Source of the DNA: an uncultured virus (IMG/VR IMGVR_UViG_3300024269_000049)
Lineage: Duplodnaviria; Heunggongvirae; Uroviricota; Caudoviricetes
Length of the DNA: 64,000 bases
IMG/VR virus record: IMGVR_UViG_3300024269_000049
Span: 1 to 64,000 of that record
Direction: 5' to 3' (one strand)
A program made the translations under genes and the position numbers. The notes beneath the pieces were generated by a model. The model was not told the origin of the DNA. It saw nothing but the letters and a program-made list of their open reading frames with translations, and made no database searches. This document shows, one piece after another, positions 61,246 to 64,000 of this stretch. Numbering within the stretch: the stretch's first letter is position 1; each line of letters starts with the position of its first letter.

Positions 61246-62031
61246 CTAATCATCGATACTTATATCATAATTAATTAAACTATCATAAAGGGCGTAAGGA
61301 ATATAATTAATATACTCATTAGCAACCTCTTTTATAACGTTTTCTTTATATTGTTTATAAACTAAAAATGCTTCTTCAGCGGTATTAAATAACCCTAAAT
61401 GGTTTTGTTTATGATCGATATGACATAAGGCTGCATATTTTCCACATTTATGTTTATGGACACCTATAGGCAATTCTCCTCTACAAGCCTTACTAGAACA
61501 AAACATATCATTTATTCTTTGAGGAACAAAAACACATGTTTCAGGACTGTATATTTTATTACCTTTACATAAAATATCTTTATCTAAATTCATTTGCTCA
61601 CCATCTATTTCATAATAATTATCATAATACCATTTTGCAAAATTTTGATAATTTAACCAATCTTCACAAACTTCACAATCTATATATGTTGGTTTTTTAT
61701 TGTGATAATTATTATCATAACAACGAGTTAACATCCCTCTCCATGTCTTATAACAATGCGTTTGTATACCGTCTATTACAGATTTATATTCACCCTCACC
61801 AATATACCCATGACCAACAACTCTTGGTTCATAAGGACATTTTATATTACCGTGTTTAAATTTGTTGTATTGCACATGATAAATGTACCAATCATATTCA
61901 GGAAAATAAATATCGATATCTGTGTTATTTCTATAACATGTTATTACTATTTTCGAACCAAAGTTATTATAACCTTCTTCACCTACTCTGTCTAATATTA
62001 AACTCATATTACACTTCCTTTCTATAAACAT
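61246..62031 (-). CDS. Free-standing HNH-like/AP2-domain homing endonuclease (probable start 62007)
   Basis: WRGMLTRC, CEDW..YQNF..W, LDKDIL...YSPETCVFV; AP2 LPIGV...HLGLF.TAEEAF; hairpins on both sides. Confidence 0.8.
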   Translation of the reverse strand: MFIERKCNMSLILDRVGEEGYNNFGSKIVITCYRNNTDIDIYFPEYDWYIYHVQYNKFKHGNIKCPYEPRVVGHGYIGEGEYKSVIDGIQTHCYKTWRGMLTRCYDNNYHNKKPTYIDCEVCEDWLNYQNFAKWYYDNYYEIDGEQMNLDKDILCKGNKIYSPETCVFVPQRINDMFCSSKACRGELPIGVHKHKCGKYAALCHIDHKQNHLGLFNTAEEAFLVYKQYKENVIKEVANEYINYIPYALYDSLINYDISIDD

Positions 62032-62065
62032 AACGGTAGAAATATTTCTACCGTTATCTAATAAT

Positions 62066-62827
62066 TTAATTATTATTTTGATCTAGGAGCCATTGAGAGA
62101 AAGAACCTTCAACAAAATCATCTTCTTCAACTTCAGCATTAGGATTTTCTCCTATTATAACACTTATATCTGCACCAAACATATCTTTGTCATCATCTAC
62201 CCAACTTGTATCATCATCTGGATTTGTTACATCTCCAAATAATCCTAAACTGTCACCTGCTTTTATATTCTCCATATGTTCTTTAGCTATAGATGTTGCT
62301 AATTTATCCATTGCTTCATCTCTCTCAATGTATTCAAATTCATCTTCTTCAATTTTATCGTTTGGTGAGAATTTAATTATACTTTGAACTTTGTCTACAT
62401 CTATTGCTAATGATTCTTCTTCATCGTCTAATAAACCATTTATGTCAAATACATAATTTTCAACATCTATTTTTTCTTCTGGTTCTTCTACAGGATCATA
62501 ATAAACTGATGGTTTATAATTTTGTGTTGTTAAATCTCCTTCACAATCATCTAATATATAATTCTCATCTATTACTATAAGTTCTTCTTGATATTCTTCT
62601 CCTGGATATAATTGTATAAATCCTTCACCTAAATCGTAATCCATATTTTCTTCTTCAGGTTCATCTAAGAATGTTATATCATCTGCCCAAGATAGTTCAT
62701 CATTCCAACCCCAATCGAATTCATTTTCTTCTACTGGGTCATCTAGATATTCAATACCTTGTTCATCATATTCAACCTCTGGTGCATTTAAAGCATCATA
62801 AATATTTTCCATATAATCTCTACTCAT
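62066..62827 (-). CDS. Extremely acidic early protein
   Basis: About 81 of 253 residues are D/E by hand count; early promoter at 62869-62876. Confidence 0.75.
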   Translation of the reverse strand: MSRDYMENIYDALNAPEVEYDEQGIEYLDDPVEENEFDWGWNDELSWADDITFLDEPEEENMDYDLGEGFIQLYPGEEYQEELIVIDENYILDDCEGDLTTQNYKPSVYYDPVEEPEEKIDVENYVFDINGLLDDEEESLAIDVDKVQSIIKFSPNDKIEEDEFEYIERDEAMDKLATSIAKEHMENIKAGDSLGLFGDVTNPDDDTSWVDDDKDMFGADISVIIGENPNAEVEEDDFVEGSFSQWLLDQNNN

Positions 62828-62888
62828 AATTAAAGACCTCCTAAATATTTTATTTGTACTTCACCTATATAATATAGTTTTGAAAATC

Positions 62889-63740
62889 TTATCTTTTACA
62901 ATAAGCCCAAACTGTATTATACATTAAAGATAATACGGTTGCCTTACCTGTACAATTAGTTCTTTGAGAAACAAATTTAACTTTACCTCTTTCTAAAACT
63001 TCATCAACATTAAAATCTAATTGTTGTTTTCCATTTTCATCATATGATAATCCAACACCTATTACAACAGAACCTTCTTTAAACCACTCTGCATCTAATA
63101 GATTTTGTTTACCTACACAAGATACAACTATATCTGCATGTCTAATATACCATTCCAAATCAACTCTACTAGTTCTTGCATTACAAATAGTTACTGTAGC
63201 ATCCATGTTTCTAAACATTGTTGCCATAGGAGCACCAGCAGTTTCTCCTTTACCAACTACAACAACATTCTTACCAGGAATAAATACCCCTTCTATAGTT
63301 AATAAATTCTTTACACCTAATGGTGTGCAAGGCATCAATTCTAACTTATTACATTCAAGCATTGCTTTAGAATACCATGTTAATCCATCCACATCTTTAT
63401 ATGGGCATATTTGATTTATTAGATGTTGAGAATCTAAATGATCGTATACTGGTAATTGTAATATAATACCATCAACCTTTGGATTATTATTTAAATCATC
63501 TATTAATGATTCAACCGCTTTATTTGTAGTATGTTCATATAATGTTATAATCTCAATATCTATTCCTAACTTATTTCCCATTTTCATTTTATTATTAACA
63601 TAAATTTGTGAAGCCTTATCATCACTTGCAACTATTATAACTAAACTAGGTTTTCTACCTTTATAGTTGTTGTGTATCATCATTTTAATTTGATTTTCCA
63701 TAAATATTTCTAAAGAATTAGCACTTAATAATTTACTCAT
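62889..63740 (-). CDS. folD: Methylenetetrahydrofolate dehydrogenase/cyclohydrolase (divergent)
   Basis: SQIYVNNK, GIILQLP, KDVDG, PCTP.G, ATVTIC, ADIVV motifs. Confidence 0.92.
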   Translation of the reverse strand: MSKLLSANSLEIFMENQIKMMIHNNYKGRKPSLVIIVASDDKASQIYVNNKMKMGNKLGIDIEIITLYEHTTNKAVESLIDDLNNNPKVDGIILQLPVYDHLDSQHLINQICPYKDVDGLTWYSKAMLECNKLELMPCTPLGVKNLLTIEGVFIPGKNVVVVGKGETAGAPMATMFRNMDATVTICNARTSRVDLEWYIRHADIVVSCVGKQNLLDAEWFKEGSVVIGVGLSYDENGKQQLDFNVDEVLERGKVKFVSQRTNCTGKATVLSLMYNTVWAYCKR

Positions 63741-63838
63741 TTTTGTTTACCTCCATTTTTATATTTATAATTTTTATTTCGTATATCTTTTGTTCTTTTA
63801 CATAATTCTCTTATAGCTTCTTTAACTTCTTTTCTCAT
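63737..63838 (-). CDS. Small basic peptide (33 aa) coupled to folD
   Basis: GGAG RBS; MRKEVKEAIRELCKRTK...; stop overlaps the folD ATG (ATGA). Confidence 0.45.
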   Translation of the reverse strand: MRKEVKEAIRELCKRTKDIRNKNYKYKNGGKQK

Positions 63839-63850
63839 GTTATTAATCTC

Positions 63851-64000
63851 CTAGAATTCTATTATATTTGAATATCTATCTGTAGTTGAATCAGTTTGTA
63901 TAGTTTGAACTCCTAATGATTCTAATATAGATCTCATTTTAGTTGTATTATCATTTACTATTTTATCGTAATTTATATAAGGTCTACACCATTCAGGTAT
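63851..64000 (-). CDS. C-terminus of family B DNA polymerase (partial)
   Basis: IPEWCRPYINYDKIVNDN...ILESLG...YSNIIEF* resembles the PolB thumb end of jumbo phages. Confidence 0.65.
   Translation of the reverse strand: MPEWCRPYINYDKIVNDNTTKMRSILESLGVQTIQTDSTTDRYSNIIEF

Overview
This is a very AT-rich segment of a jumbo bacteriophage genome, using the standard genetic code. Gene content and promoter motifs point to the AR9/PBS1-like branch of phiKZ-related phages, probably infecting a low-GC Firmicute (Clostridia-like host inferred). Replication and metabolism genes: class II ribonucleotide reductase, RusA, FEN-like nuclease, PC4-like protein, primase, SSB, HD hydrolase, FolD, a GroEL-like chaperonin and the 3' end of a family B DNA polymerase. 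Virion genes: a 4440-aa tape-measure/multi-hydrolase protein, baseplate and tail proteins, and many internal head proteins with Glu-type processing motifs. The RNR gene and a phage RNA polymerase beta' gene are each split at the active site by an HNH-carrying group I intron. Two promoter classes are readable directly: early TATATTAT, and AR9-type AACA-N6-TA, which hints at uracil-DNA biology, with a candidate promoter-specificity subunit nearby. Best novelty candidates: (i) two ORF-free structured RNAs under early promoters, one closed by a 32-bp stem and one ending in an anti-Shine-Dalgarno tail; (ii) a 1279-aa putative packaged polyprotein (nuclease, two kinases, ART-like domain); (iii) a G/GT-type -1 frameshift in a baseplate chaperone; (iv) a C-terminal module shared by an HU-like protein and a Bro-N protein. 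All homology calls come from motif recognition by eye, not database searches.
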